Shown here: in pieces, positions 20,301 through 29,498 of the stretch
Numbering within the stretch: the first letter of the stretch is position 1
Layout: every line of letters begins with the position of its first letter
IMG/VR virus record: IMGVR_UViG_3300037067_007633
Span: 64,001 to 128,000 of that record
Length of the DNA: 64,000 nucleotides
DNA from: a virus
Taxonomy: Duplodnaviria; Caudoviricetes
Direction: 5' to 3' (one strand)
Notes under the pieces: generated by a model
Seen by the model: the letters and a program-made list of their open reading frames with translations, nothing else
What the model was told of the DNA's origin: nothing
Databases searched by the model: none
Program-made: the position numbers and the translations under genes

Positions 20301-21159
20301 TAATAGTTCGGTTTGGGATATTTCATACAATATAAGATCAACTGGTACATATTTTCATTGTGGATATAGAAAAAGATTATTAAATTATGATGGATCAATT
20401 AATAACACGTATGATTATTATGATACTAATTTAGTTAACGACCCAGCATCAAAAAGTATTATAGGTTTTCCTATTGCAACATGTTATTTATCTAACGGTA
20501 ATTTAAATGTTATTGATGACAGAGAACAGTGTAGTAATATTGAAATTTTTGGTATTCAATCTGGATTTCCAGATTGGGGTAATTTTAATCAAGTCTATAA
20601 AGATACATATCAAGGCGGTTATAGTAGATACTACGAATGGAATTTATTAGACATTTCATGTATTAGAAATTCTGGAGATATGGAATTTATTGTTGACTAT
20701 TCTAAACCAAGAACTGTTTCTGCTAATAAACGAGCTTCTCCATCTTATTATGATTATTGGGTTGAAAACAAAAAATATACAGAGTGTGATTTACCTAAAA
20801 AATTTACTATGCCAATACAAACTGGAGTTTATTCAATATACTATAATAATAGTGGAATAATGAATTTAATTTTTGGAGAAAATATTCCTCCGTCTAGTTT
20901 ATCAATGATTAAATTTGAATTTGTTAGAGAACGTAGTTCGTATCCTAGTTTAATTTATAATAATGATGCGTTTTATCCTTACATAGGATATTCTATTACT
21001 AATGAATATCAACCATTAGATAATTCTACTTTTAATAATTTACAATTGCGTAAAAAATATAATGCGGCGGCAGTAAGTCCTGGTGTAAGTCCAAATCGTT
21101 TTTTCCAATATTTACAAGGAACAAATCCAACATGTCAAGTGACGATAGTTCAAAATTAA
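17392..21159 (+). CDS. large tail fibre/receptor-binding-like protein
   Basis: 1255 aa, Ser/Gly/Tyr/Asn-rich with Cys clusters; coupled to previous gene. Confidence 0.45.
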   Translation: MTTASGYHRFDSSLTGLLTIYSLGDNDPIYKNDLWFQCNGIPLMDSFDFPSGFNYTNPSTGLWRVDSGDWKVVKPGSGDGDGVLRTSDAGASISFYNNYPSPGCFFGTCVISYVDNDLPTNGSSSYERTLFSINNLDCKLLGHDLYAQYINKNNSNILEDPEDESTLVAALISRDTGAAIGVGLGYLSQGILLEYQQWNSERSFLTIRTISESHYFTNNVNSYKEPVQENFNFVIGDGFVHPSGYFTIKEIKYTKPAYNGQKYNPIFNDGSTYSIHNSYSDSKIYRPINYKIGPNYGLLDSGNNISAIEVTLGGFSDVTNPHPGLKGFFTHGDWTIVPTIMGNSTGQCIKFGEEEELSVRIDPVCSISGGVGAGGFYFNGTEGEMSSHTYSEIPGWLPCTGIYMNVNYIQSAVAFVLNSDGTVKNVTLPVSGDIVRVTLVSSGDCYYSHGVLLDSDTKEQLTSVDELLIGMVVVRPGRGGCTEEWVLDCYNPPAYPHKLVRKNCCNPVATGRCDDDLCNYGFPGSIAYYSYFGSYLGTPITDSIYAFPGLAAQVNGTHIVPFSGYSVGISSLLIASGQSDNQFCCIPNNSCVDQHIYLHVYLQNNVSSATANVNTGSISRNIDVILDATNTDLSFFDNSIFTNVSFFKTYSRTGPYLELTDSSRNSPVYFTFDGTSVSIPSFRYITPSKEVEFPAATIEIPSGVFGYNNIRFQIFGMVDKAEDDFGIIKGFYTSFYSEGGLMPPSSLVRLVSFEPDSYEALYEETGGYLECYPDPLVSDALYTSQYIDGYAHGTFRVGTPYTTLSNDKLSIYVSGLKYYDKNNIWHKNLPTWYDIPVNLATGIHKVYMNEDNEFTTGSTNSYNLSVDNSSFNTEDHIAICDLVINDRITNVSGLCITLQPYQDKLNYRFLSPIDAARFIVFSGCGIQDIYSTHTYSSNSNYPYNLLYESISGIPITVWTGSGNNDSVKYFNSSVWDISYNIRSTGTYFHCGYRKRLLNYDGSINNTYDYYDTNLVNDPASKSIIGFPIATCYLSNGNLNVIDDREQCSNIEIFGIQSGFPDWGNFNQVYKDTYQGGYSRYYEWNLLDISCIRNSGDMEFIVDYSKPRTVSANKRASPSYYDYWVENKKYTECDLPKKFTMPIQTGVYSIYYNNSGIMNLIFGENIPPSSLSMIKFEFVRERSSYPSLIYNNDAFYPYIGYSITNEYQPLDNSTFNNLQLRKKYNAAAVSPGVSPNRFFQYLQGTNPTCQVTIVQN

Positions 21160-21512
21160 TACCAGATTGTATGGAACAGGTTGGTATTAATCAATATAAA
21201 TGTAAGAAATTAGGTTTTGTTATTCAGACTAATACTTTGCCTATTCACTGTACACTGTGCGGTTCGGTAAAAATGCCTAGTGTGTTAGATATGGCTAAAA
21301 ATGCTACTAAAGCCGCCGTTAATTTTGTTAAAGATGGATTTAAAAGAGTCACAGAAGAACAATACAAAGAAAGAATTGAACAGTGTAATAAAAACGAATG
21401 CGGTCAATTTGTAAATGGAAGGTGTGCTAAATGTGGGTGTTTTCTTACTTTAAAAGCTTGGGCACATAGCGAAGAATGCCCTTTAGGGTTTTGGAAAAAA
21501 TTAGAGAATTAA
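21132..21512 (+). CDS. Cys-rich protein, DUF6171-like
   Basis: C-terminal RIEQC...C...GRCAKCGCFLTLKAW...ECPLGFW pattern. Confidence 0.55.
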   Translation: MSSDDSSKLIPDCMEQVGINQYKCKKLGFVIQTNTLPIHCTLCGSVKMPSVLDMAKNATKAAVNFVKDGFKRVTEEQYKERIEQCNKNECGQFVNGRCAKCGCFLTLKAWAHSEECPLGFWKKLEN

Positions 21513-21517
21513 AAGAT

Positions 21518-21526
21518 GGTGTATAT
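21518..21526 (+). promoter_or_regulatory. candidate late promoter motif GGTGTATAT
   Basis: Identical 9-mer to 2408, in the gap before a gene with strong AGGAG SD. Confidence 0.5.
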
Positions 21527-21567
21527 GTTATTGGAAGATATAATATAAATAGGAGATTAAAAATATA

Positions 21568-22212
21568 ATGACCGCACAAGTTAATTTTTACGCTAATCCA
21601 AATTCAGATTCTTTTAATTTAAAAATTAGTGGGTCTGGACTAGGTTTTTATGGAAATGCTGGTTTTGGTGCTGCTGTAGCGGTTGGTTCTTGGAATGAAA
21701 GGACATATATTACCGATCCTAACGGTGTTGTGCAGGGTGCAGAAGCCCAAAATGTTAAATGGGTGCATCCAAACAGTGGAGTATTAGGGCAGACCGGAAG
21801 CGGAATTTCCCTTCTTAATATTCCCAATTATCAATCAACCCTAGAAATAAGATTTACTAATGATGCCGCTGTACAAGTTGAAAATGCAACCGTTTATATC
21901 TATGATAGATATAATATAGCAAACCCCGCTTCTGGGGTGACGTGTAAAGTGGCAGAAATACTACATCCCTCAATATTGCAAACGGATGTAGGTTCGGGGG
22001 ATTCTAGTTGGATTACATCAACTTTGGATGGTGCGGTTGTTCCCATTTCGTTAGCTAATTCTCCTGGTGTTAGTGGGTTTTATGCCGGAAGTGGAAATAG
22101 TTCTACAGAATCTAGTCTTGAGCATTCTTGGTATTGTGCAATTTCTTGTAGTCCAGACAGTGTAGGATCTAAAACTAATTTTGGTTTATATTTTAGTTGC
22201 GAATATTTATAA
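21568..22212 (+). CDS. putative virion structural protein
   Basis: 214 aa, Ser/Gly-rich, strong SD, last gene of the + strand block. Confidence 0.55.
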   Translation: MTAQVNFYANPNSDSFNLKISGSGLGFYGNAGFGAAVAVGSWNERTYITDPNGVVQGAEAQNVKWVHPNSGVLGQTGSGISLLNIPNYQSTLEIRFTNDAAVQVENATVYIYDRYNIANPASGVTCKVAEILHPSILQTDVGSGDSSWITSTLDGAVVPISLANSPGVSGFYAGSGNSSTESSLEHSWYCAISCSPDSVGSKTNFGLYFSCEYL

Positions 22213-22893
22213 TAAGTCTTTTAAGTTGTTATTACCACGTTTTGGTATAACTGTTAATATTTCTTCGTTGGTTAGATTAGATTTTTTTATTATACGATAA
22301 TATAAAGTATGATAATTTTTAATTTTGCATCTTATATCTCTAGTCCATTCAGCAACAGTTTTAGTATCTCCAAAAGCTGTTATTAATTTATTATTATTTT
22401 TATTATTTGCTTGTATATAAGTATCTACAAGTCTACAATTAGATGGTTCATAATTACCATTATTATCTATACGATCAATTGTTAAATTCTTATTAAAATT
22501 ATTTTGTATTGCCCATTCATAAAAATTTTGAAAACTATCTTTCCATTCTTTACAAACTATAATATTTTTATACGTTCTACTTCTTAGTGTTGATGGTTTA
22601 TTACATCTATTATTCATTTCACGCCATCTTTGATATAACATTGTCCTATATGGCATTTTATTTCTAGGTTTACTTCCTATCCTTTTCCCGCTTTCTATTC
22701 TTAAACATCCACAACTTTTCGTTTGACTTGTTCTAATATTTCTATATAAAACTTTTATTTTATTTCCACACGCACAATTACAAAACACAAAATAAACACT
22801 TCCAGTTCTTTTATTAATATGTATTAATTCATAAGATTCTATCGTTAGTCTTTCAAAAATTTCTCCAATTTTTGGTATATATTTACGTTTCAC
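22207..22893 (-). CDS. HNH-family homing endonuclease-like protein
   Basis: CNCACG...TKSCGC zinc module and LTIDRIDNNGNYEPSNCRLV motif. Confidence 0.8.
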   Translation of the reverse strand: MKRKYIPKIGEIFERLTIESYELIHINKRTGSVYFVFCNCACGNKIKVLYRNIRTSQTKSCGCLRIESGKRIGSKPRNKMPYRTMLYQRWREMNNRCNKPSTLRSRTYKNIIVCKEWKDSFQNFYEWAIQNNFNKNLTIDRIDNNGNYEPSNCRLVDTYIQANNKNNNKLITAFGDTKTVAEWTRDIRCKIKNYHTLYYRIIKKSNLTNEEILTVIPKRGNNNLKDLL

Positions 22894-23240
22894 TACTCAT
22901 TTACTCCCTTTTCTTTATTCCATTTTAACCAACCTTTATTATTTAACCATTTTGTCTTTCCATCTTCACCTTCCTCCCTACGTTTGGGGAATAATGTATC
23001 GCCCTTTTTGTGGCATCCAAAAGATAATCGAGCACCACATTTTTGGCAAACTAATTCGTAGAATTTATCCTCATCCTTATTTTCACGTACTACAAATTTT
23101 ATGTCATTAGACTTACATTTATCACAACACTTTTCGCCAAAAACCTCTTGTGCTTCTGCTAAAGCCTTAAAAACATCCTTTTGATTTCTTTCTTCAATTT
23201 CAATTAATAGCTCTGGACGTACACGAAATGATATTTTCAT
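22893..23240 (-). CDS. zinc-ribbon hypothetical protein
   Basis: CDKC and CQKC pairs. Confidence 0.6.
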   Translation of the reverse strand: MKISFRVRPELLIEIEERNQKDVFKALAEAQEVFGEKCCDKCKSNDIKFVVRENKDEDKFYELVCQKCGARLSFGCHKKGDTLFPKRREEGEDGKTKWLNNKGWLKWNKEKGVNE

Positions 23241-23241
23241 T

Positions 23242-23787
23242 TTAATTCTTCCTTCTTAAAAAATCTTGTTTAGTAAATTTACCGCTCGCGTATCTTTCTG
23301 ATAACTTCTCAAAATTTCTTTGTTTAACTTCTTCAATATTAATACAATATGTGTGACAAACATATAGTAATGCCACTAGAACTTTTGATAATTGATATTT
23401 TAGTGTTTCAACACATAAATCTTTTCCGTGATATAAATGTTTTTTAATAGTTTCGCAAACTTTACCAATATTAATAACTAATTGTTTTGTTGCTATAGTT
23501 GGTTGAAGTAAATTTTTATCAAATAACACATTATCATCTATGTCAAATAAATCGTTGATTTGTATTTCTAATACTACACATCCAAAAGTAATATACCACA
23601 ATACATCCCCCAACTCCTTTATTAACTTATCCTTATCATAAAATGTTAATACTTCAAATACTTCTCCAACCTCTCCAGCTAAGCCAAGTCCTAATGTAGA
23701 TAACTTAGACTGTTCATCTTTAAGAGATAATGGGGAAATTAGATTTTTAACGAAATTTTGATAATCTATATCGTTGATGTACGCCAT
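23242..23787 (-). CDS. MazG-like nucleotide pyrophosphohydrolase (tandem domain)
   Basis: GLAGEVGEV...KELGDVLWY motif, C-terminal NFEKLSERY. Confidence 0.8.
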   Translation of the reverse strand: MAYINDIDYQNFVKNLISPLSLKDEQSKLSTLGLGLAGEVGEVFEVLTFYDKDKLIKELGDVLWYITFGCVVLEIQINDLFDIDDNVLFDKNLLQPTIATKQLVINIGKVCETIKKHLYHGKDLCVETLKYQLSKVLVALLYVCHTYCINIEEVKQRNFEKLSERYASGKFTKQDFLRRKN

Positions 23788-24545
23788 GATGCGTCATAAT
23801 CTCCTAATGTGGCATGTTTTTCACGTATTTTTTGTTGTATTTCATTTAAATATTTAATTAATTTAAAAGATACTGAACTAGGAACTTTTTCAATATTATC
23901 ATACTTAGTTTTTCCAATATTAATTAGATCAATTACACTTACATTACATCGTTGGCACATTATATCTAAAAGATTAGCCTGTTCCTCCGTTATTAATTCA
24001 TCTATTTCTAAATTTTCATTATGAACTGTTTCAGCTTTATTTTTTTCAATAACGGATTTATCAACAATTTCTTCTGCCGCAACAACCTTGTGAAGTCTAA
24101 GAATTTTACGTAAAGCCCTAGCTTCCGCTCGGGTTTCCGCTGTTGCCGTTTGATGCAAGCTAAATGGCGACTCTACGTTATATTCTCCACAATCCGCCGA
24201 AGCGTCTTCCGATATAGAGTTAATTTCTCTACAATTAAATAGGGAAATTCCATCATTGACGTGGAAAACTATGGTGACTGAAACAGTGGCAATTCCATGT
24301 TTATCTTTAGGGGCTTGAATTATGTGGGTGGATTTTCTAATAATTGGACCTATTAAATACTCGGCAATTCGTCGTAAACCGTCGCGAGTTGGATTATCTC
24401 CAAACTTATCATTATCGCCTAAAAGTGATAATACATAGTCGCTCCATTCTTTATCATATACTTTTGGAGTTTGTATTTCTTCAGATACTTCTCTATCAGA
24501 TTTTTCATCCTCGTCTGGTGTTACTACAAAATCATCATCTAACAT
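23766..24545 (-). CDS. putative Rad52/Sak-like single-strand annealing protein
   Basis: ATAETRAEARALRKIL motif and C-terminal ITEEQANLL helical domain. Confidence 0.5.
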   Translation of the reverse strand: MLDDDFVVTPDEDEKSDREVSEEIQTPKVYDKEWSDYVLSLLGDNDKFGDNPTRDGLRRIAEYLIGPIIRKSTHIIQAPKDKHGIATVSVTIVFHVNDGISLFNCREINSISEDASADCGEYNVESPFSLHQTATAETRAEARALRKILRLHKVVAAEEIVDKSVIEKNKAETVHNENLEIDELITEEQANLLDIMCQRCNVSVIDLINIGKTKYDNIEKVPSSVSFKLIKYLNEIQQKIREKHATLGDYDASWRTSTI

Positions 24546-24562
24546 ATTTAATTTACCTTTCT

Positions 24563-25333
24563 TTATATTTCAATTTCTATTAATCGTTTTTCTAATGGTG
24601 GAAAATTTGAAAATATATCTTTTAACATTGTTAATACTTTTTGTGATATCATTTTCATTCTAATTTTTGATATTGATTTGGTGACTTGCTTAACTCTAAT
24701 AATGACAAATCCGGCAGATAATATTAGACCGTTTTTATCCATATCCGCCCTAATAGTTTTTTGTAAAGCTTCTTCCCCCCAAATTGGTAAAAAATGAGAG
24801 GGACCATCTATTTCAATTATAGTTAAGTGTTCTGGTAAAAATAGATCTAAATGAAGTTTGTGATTTGCTATCAAATTATCTTTATGATATTCTACATTTA
24901 TTTTTTCATTTGTCAAGTATTTATAAATATATTTTTCTAACTTTGATCCTTCTTTAGAACTTCTGTGTATACCTTCTGTAGATGCTTTGTTAAATTTTTC
25001 CTTTTCCGTTTCAGATCTATTATTCCAATTTTCTCTTGCTGTTTCCGACTTTTTTTTCTTATCTTCTTTCGACATATTATTCCACTTATTTACTAATTTA
25101 ATAGCAATCTTATCTTTAATTTCTTGACTTCGTTTTTTACCTTCTGTTGGATGTTTAGCTCTACCACTTTGAATTGCTATTTCGTGGGCATCAGATTTAT
25201 TTCTAGGAATTACTCCATTAGCAATAGCTATTCTACGTATAGCATTTGGAAATGTTCCTAGCTCATCAGCTATACTCTTAAAGCTTCTTTTTTTATTAAC
25301 ATATTGTTCTACTACGTATATAGAGTCTATCAT
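24563..25333 (-). CDS. Vsr/DUF559-like endonuclease with N-terminal HTH and NUMOD3-like basic repeats
   Basis: SKLE...HLDLFLP...IIEIDGPSH...D...GFVIIRV; GKKRSQEIKDKI motif. Confidence 0.75.
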   Translation of the reverse strand: MIDSIYVVEQYVNKKRSFKSIADELGTFPNAIRRIAIANGVIPRNKSDAHEIAIQSGRAKHPTEGKKRSQEIKDKIAIKLVNKWNNMSKEDKKKKSETARENWNNRSETEKEKFNKASTEGIHRSSKEGSKLEKYIYKYLTNEKINVEYHKDNLIANHKLHLDLFLPEHLTIIEIDGPSHFLPIWGEEALQKTIRADMDKNGLILSAGFVIIRVKQVTKSISKIRMKMISQKVLTMLKDIFSNFPPLEKRLIEIEI

Positions 25334-25791
25334 AATGATATCACTTTTTGTAATGTTTTTATATCAAATTCTGGAACTATTCCAGCTACTTTATTGTTGA
25401 AATTGTTCTCTATTAATTTTGCGTGATTTTCACATCTTGCAATAATTTTTATATCTTTATTATTATATACCTTATTATATATATCAAAAATTCTTTGTTG
25501 ACCTCTTAACCATTCAACATCCCAAACATAGAAGAATTTTTTAGACGGTCCTGGAAATTCAATTAATTTCAAAGTCGTATTAATATCTGTAGAAATAGTA
25601 ATACCATGTTGTGCCCAAGCTTCAAATATTTGGAACATTGGGAAAATAGGTGGAATTAGAAATCTTGTTATATTTTCATAGAATATAATTACATCTAAAT
25701 TTGATTGTCTTGTTGACAAAGATCTAGTTAGAGAATATGTGAATTGATCTGGTCCAAGATAATTTACTAATATGTTTAGTTGTTGTTGCAT
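25330..25791 (-). CDS. hypothetical protein, resembles a glycosyltransferase N-terminal domain
   Basis: KKFFYVWDVEW motif; lies in the sugar cluster. Confidence 0.4.
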   Translation of the reverse strand: MQQQLNILVNYLGPDQFTYSLTRSLSTRQSNLDVIIFYENITRFLIPPIFPMFQIFEAWAQHGITISTDINTTLKLIEFPGPSKKFFYVWDVEWLRGQQRIFDIYNKVYNNKDIKIIARCENHAKLIENNFNNKVAGIVPEFDIKTLQKVISL

Positions 25792-26678
25792 AATATTTCG
25801 TCTATTGCTTTCTCTATAGCTTGTTGACTATTTAAATAGGGAATAAAATATGGATGTTTGATTAATATATTTGGATTATCTCCAGAAAAATTTGTTCCCG
25901 TCCATAACTTTTCTTTTTTAATATCACATTTTTCCATTACTATATCGGCTATTTTGTCTATACTAATATTATCTTTTGGAGCTATATCGGCTGTTGTTGA
26001 GAAGTTTAGTTTTTCTATTGAATAAATTATATTATCAATTACATCATCTACGTGTATATATGGCTTTATACTTCCAGGTTTATTTCCTAGTATTGGAAAT
26101 GTTGGATTTTTATTTTGTGCTTTAATTATAAAATCTTTTAATACCCCATGAGTTAAACCCGTTCCAACCATTGCACAAAAGCGTAGATTGATATTAATTA
26201 GTCGTTTTTGATAAGCATATACATTTAATATTTTTTCCCCAGCTAATTTACTAGCTCCATATAAAGATGTTGGTTCTTCTTTTAGTGCGGGTTTACCATC
26301 AGCACACGTATCACCATATACAACTATACTTGAAAGAAAAATAAACTTACAGCCCTTCGGACAATAATGGGCTAAATAATGGGTTCCGCAGATATTGATA
26401 TGGGAAAAATCTGTCCATCTATTTTCATCTATATTTGGACTTGATAAAGCTGCTGTATGAATAATTACATCTGGTTTAAATTGTTTAAAAAGACCAATTA
26501 CACTAGGCATATAAGAGATGTCACAAGTCGATTTAATAACTTTATTATAAACAACTTCGTTGTTTTGTGTAGCTGTATCTATTGCATATATTTCAGATAT
26601 ATTATTTTGTTGATCTAATTTTTTAAGTAGATGTTTTCCTAGAAATCCACCACTTCCTATAACCATTATTTTAGTCAT
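25776..26678 (-). CDS. NAD-dependent epimerase/dehydratase (extended SDR)
   Basis: GSGGFLG, SSIVVYG, YGASK, YIHVDD. Confidence 0.9.
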   Translation of the reverse strand: MTKIMVIGSGGFLGKHLLKKLDQQNNISEIYAIDTATQNNEVVYNKVIKSTCDISYMPSVIGLFKQFKPDVIIHTAALSSPNIDENRWTDFSHINICGTHYLAHYCPKGCKFIFLSSIVVYGDTCADGKPALKEEPTSLYGASKLAGEKILNVYAYQKRLININLRFCAMVGTGLTHGVLKDFIIKAQNKNPTFPILGNKPGSIKPYIHVDDVIDNIIYSIEKLNFSTTADIAPKDNISIDKIADIVMEKCDIKKEKLWTGTNFSGDNPNILIKHPYFIPYLNSQQAIEKAIDEILCNNN

Positions 26679-26818
26679 GTATGATCCTCGATTACTTGAA
26701 GTACAACTAGACCAATCCCTATTTCTCCCATTACTACTGGTATCATATATCTAATATCTGTAATTCCACATATAGCCCCTGATAAACAAACTAATACTGT
26801 TCCAATTATATTATACAT
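26675..26818 (-). CDS. small hydrophobic protein (47 aa, not in ORF track)
   Basis: Hand translation MYNIIGTVLVCLSGAICGITDIRYMIPVVMGEIGIGLVVLQVIEDHT; fills the gap exactly, ATGA overlap with next gene. Confidence 0.6.
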   Translation of the reverse strand: MYNIIGTVLVCLSGAICGITDIRYMIPVVMGEIGIGLVVLQVIEDHT

Positions 26819-26827
26819 AATATTTTC

Positions 26828-27010
26828 CTATTTAATTTTTCTTTTTCCGCACTTAGAACATCTTTGAATAAATGATCCTTCGCGAATAAGAATGTGAGTT
26901 GGTGGTGGCGGTTTTTTACCATTACTTTCTTGTGATGTCATAGGTTTTTTATAATATTCACAATCGCATGGAATATTTTGATTATCTTTTGATTTTTTAC
27001 TCTCTGTCAT
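26828..27010 (-). CDS. small Cys-containing hypothetical protein
   Basis: CDC and CSKC; fills gap on the coding strand. Confidence 0.5.
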   Translation of the reverse strand: MTESKKSKDNQNIPCDCEYYKKPMTSQESNGKKPPPPTHILIREGSFIQRCSKCGKRKIK

Positions 27011-27011
27011 T

Positions 27012-27959
27012 TTAGTTTACTTTGGCTTTTGTTAAATACCAATCTATAGTTTTCTTTAAGCCATCTTCCAGTGAAGTTTTAGCTTCAAATCCTAATACTC
27101 TTTTTGCCTTATCACTATTCATAGATTTACGCATTTGCCCATCCGTCTTAGTTGTATCCCAAACAATTTTCCCATTATATCCAACAATTTCACATACTTT
27201 ATATACTAATTGTGCAATACTAGTTTCTTCATCGGTAGTAATATTAATAAGTAATTCATCTGTATTGCTCTCTATTAATTTCAAAATTGATAAAGCAGCA
27301 TCTTCAACATAGGTAAATTGACGTGTTGGTTTTCCAGTTCCTAAAAAAGTAATTTCGGACAAATTGTTTTGTTTTGCATCAACAACTCTTTTGATAGTCG
27401 CCATTACCACTTTAGTTTTATCCATATCAAAACTATCATAAGGACCATACATGTTATTTATAATTGGACATAAGAATTTTATATTTGGAAATTGCTTATT
27501 AAGTGCCATTGAATAAATAATAGCATTTCTTTTTTGCATTCCGAAATAGAAAATACTTTTATTTGGTGGACCTTTAAATATAGATTCTTCTCTAATATCT
27601 TCATTAATATCGGGATATGCACAAGAAGAAATTGTGCTAATTACTTTTTCAACACTTTGGATTTGAGAAGCCGAACTTAATAAATTTAATGTCATCAACG
27701 TGTTATCGTGAAAAATTTTATCACAATTATTTTGATTCCAAATAATACCACCACTAAAAGCTGCTGCGTTAACAATAATGTCTGGAAGTTCTGATGATAA
27801 TAAACTATCCACTTCTGTTTTATTTAATAGATTACATCTTCTTCTAGTCATACAACTTAAACGGTGTTGTGTTGTATTTTTAATAACATTTTTAATATGT
27901 TCTGCAAAAAATCCGCCATTTCCTAAAAGTAATATATGTTTTTTCATTATAACTCCCAC
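27012..27959 (-). CDS. fcl: GDP-L-fucose synthase-like epimerase/reductase
   Basis: AAFSGGIIWN, SSCAYP, NMYGPYDSF, GTGKPTRQFTYVED, WDTTKTDGQMRK; probable start ATG 27947; catalytic YxxxK region atypical (YFGMQK). Confidence 0.8.
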   Translation of the reverse strand: MGVIMKKHILLLGNGGFFAEHIKNVIKNTTQHRLSCMTRRRCNLLNKTEVDSLLSSELPDIIVNAAAFSGGIIWNQNNCDKIFHDNTLMTLNLLSSASQIQSVEKVISTISSCAYPDINEDIREESIFKGPPNKSIFYFGMQKRNAIIYSMALNKQFPNIKFLCPIINNMYGPYDSFDMDKTKVVMATIKRVVDAKQNNLSEITFLGTGKPTRQFTYVEDAALSILKLIESNTDELLINITTDEETSIAQLVYKVCEIVGYNGKIVWDTTKTDGQMRKSMNSDKAKRVLGFEAKTSLEDGLKKTIDWYLTKAKVN

Positions 27960-28633
27960 CTTGAAGGTTTTTCTAATTGACTATGTTCTATATAACTATA
28001 TCCAGATTTTTGTGTAACAATAGAGGGATAAATTGCATAACATTTGTGAGTTTGATGAATAAACTTATTACAAACTTCATCCATTGGTCCTATAGGTCCA
28101 TATTCTAACATCAAGTCAAAAATTCTATTATGAATTAAAACACAATGAAACCCCGCACTTCCATTAACTTGTCTAACATAATTATTCGCCATAGGCGAAC
28201 TGGTATTTTTATGATATGCCCCAAAATAAATCATATCCCATTTACTTTGTAAAAGAAAAGATTCGGCTTCTTCAAGTATTTCATCAAAGTCATTTTCTAT
28301 AAATGCGTCGTCCTCAACTATTAGTAGATTTTTTCTTTTTTCTAATAGGGCTTGTTCAATCATTTTTTTGTGGCATAAATAAGCGTTATAAGCATTAGGA
28401 TATTTACGCCAAGACGTTAATTCTTTTGTTGTGAATTTTGTTATTGGGGGACTTTCTATTAAATCTATGTGATTATAGTCTAAATCAATATTTTTACCAT
28501 TTCCAGCAATAAATGGAATTAAGTTAATTCCCTTATTAATAAAAGATAATTGTGTTGTACTTATCCATTCAATATAACGTTTATCTAATATTAAACACTG
28601 TGCTTTATCTATTTGTTCAATTAATTTAGACAT
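27947..28633 (-). CDS. glycosyltransferase, GT25-like
   Basis: AYLCH...LLIVEDDAF...WDMIYFG, Q..GYSYI. Confidence 0.75.
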   Translation of the reverse strand: MSKLIEQIDKAQCLILDKRYIEWISTTQLSFINKGINLIPFIAGNGKNIDLDYNHIDLIESPPITKFTTKELTSWRKYPNAYNAYLCHKKMIEQALLEKRKNLLIVEDDAFIENDFDEILEEAESFLLQSKWDMIYFGAYHKNTSSPMANNYVRQVNGSAGFHCVLIHNRIFDLMLEYGPIGPMDEVCNKFIHQTHKCYAIYPSIVTQKSGYSYIEHSQLEKPSRWEL

Positions 28634-29495
28634 TTTTAAATTTGTACTCCACTTCTCTATGTGAACTCCATACTTGCTTACATTGAGTTAAAATATAATC
28701 TAAATCTATAACTTCGTTGTTAAGATATTTATCATTTAATTCTTTTAATGAATAAGGAAATTGTGTACCTGAGATCATAGGGGGATCTTGAACACAATTC
28801 GAGGGAATGTTAAAGAGAACACTATCGGGAAATGATGCCATCATTGGTTTACTTGTAAGGTGGCGAATTATCATTGATAGTTCACCTTCCCACTGACGTA
28901 GACAAGTAAATTGTTTATGTGTGGATATTTTATATAACTCTTTAGCGTGGTATATATGCCCATCTAGAGAGGGGTTGTATCCGAAATTTTGAAATTGATT
29001 TCTGACTTTCCAATTCCATTTTATCATTTTTATTTTATTTAATGATAATTGTTTTATCATTTCATCATCATTGATTAATGAAGGTTGTAATTCTCCAGTC
29101 ATATAATTTTGGACTATCGTATTAACACCAAGACGAAAACTAAAACAAAATACGTCATCTGTAAAATATTTTTCAATTTCTGATGAAGAAACATTAATAG
29201 GGCGGTAAAATAGACAATCATCAGTTAATCCACATATTAATTTTGTATTACATTCTAATATTCCTAAAAGAAAATCGGAATAAAACTCTTTTTCTTTTTG
29301 CCAAGTGATTTTAGAACAAAATGGTATTTTTTTGTTGTTAATTAGTTTTTCATACCCTCTTTCATATTCTTCATTAGAGGCTTTATAGATTATTTTAATT
29401 TCATTAAATAAATGTGGGCAAAAACGAGAAATACTTTGGAAAAGTAAATCTAGTTGTTGAGCACGGTCTTTAGATAATATTAGGGTGTTTATCAT
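28626..29495 (-). CDS. putative GT-A fold glycosyltransferase
   Basis: ILSKDRAQQL start, GLTDDCLF DxD-like motif. Confidence 0.55.
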   Translation of the reverse strand: MINTLILSKDRAQQLDLLFQSISRFCPHLFNEIKIIYKASNEEYERGYEKLINNKKIPFCSKITWQKEKEFYSDFLLGILECNTKLICGLTDDCLFYRPINVSSSEIEKYFTDDVFCFSFRLGVNTIVQNYMTGELQPSLINDDEMIKQLSLNKIKMIKWNWKVRNQFQNFGYNPSLDGHIYHAKELYKISTHKQFTCLRQWEGELSMIIRHLTSKPMMASFPDSVLFNIPSNCVQDPPMISGTQFPYSLKELNDKYLNNEVIDLDYILTQCKQVWSSHREVEYKFKNV

Positions 29496-29498
29496 ATT

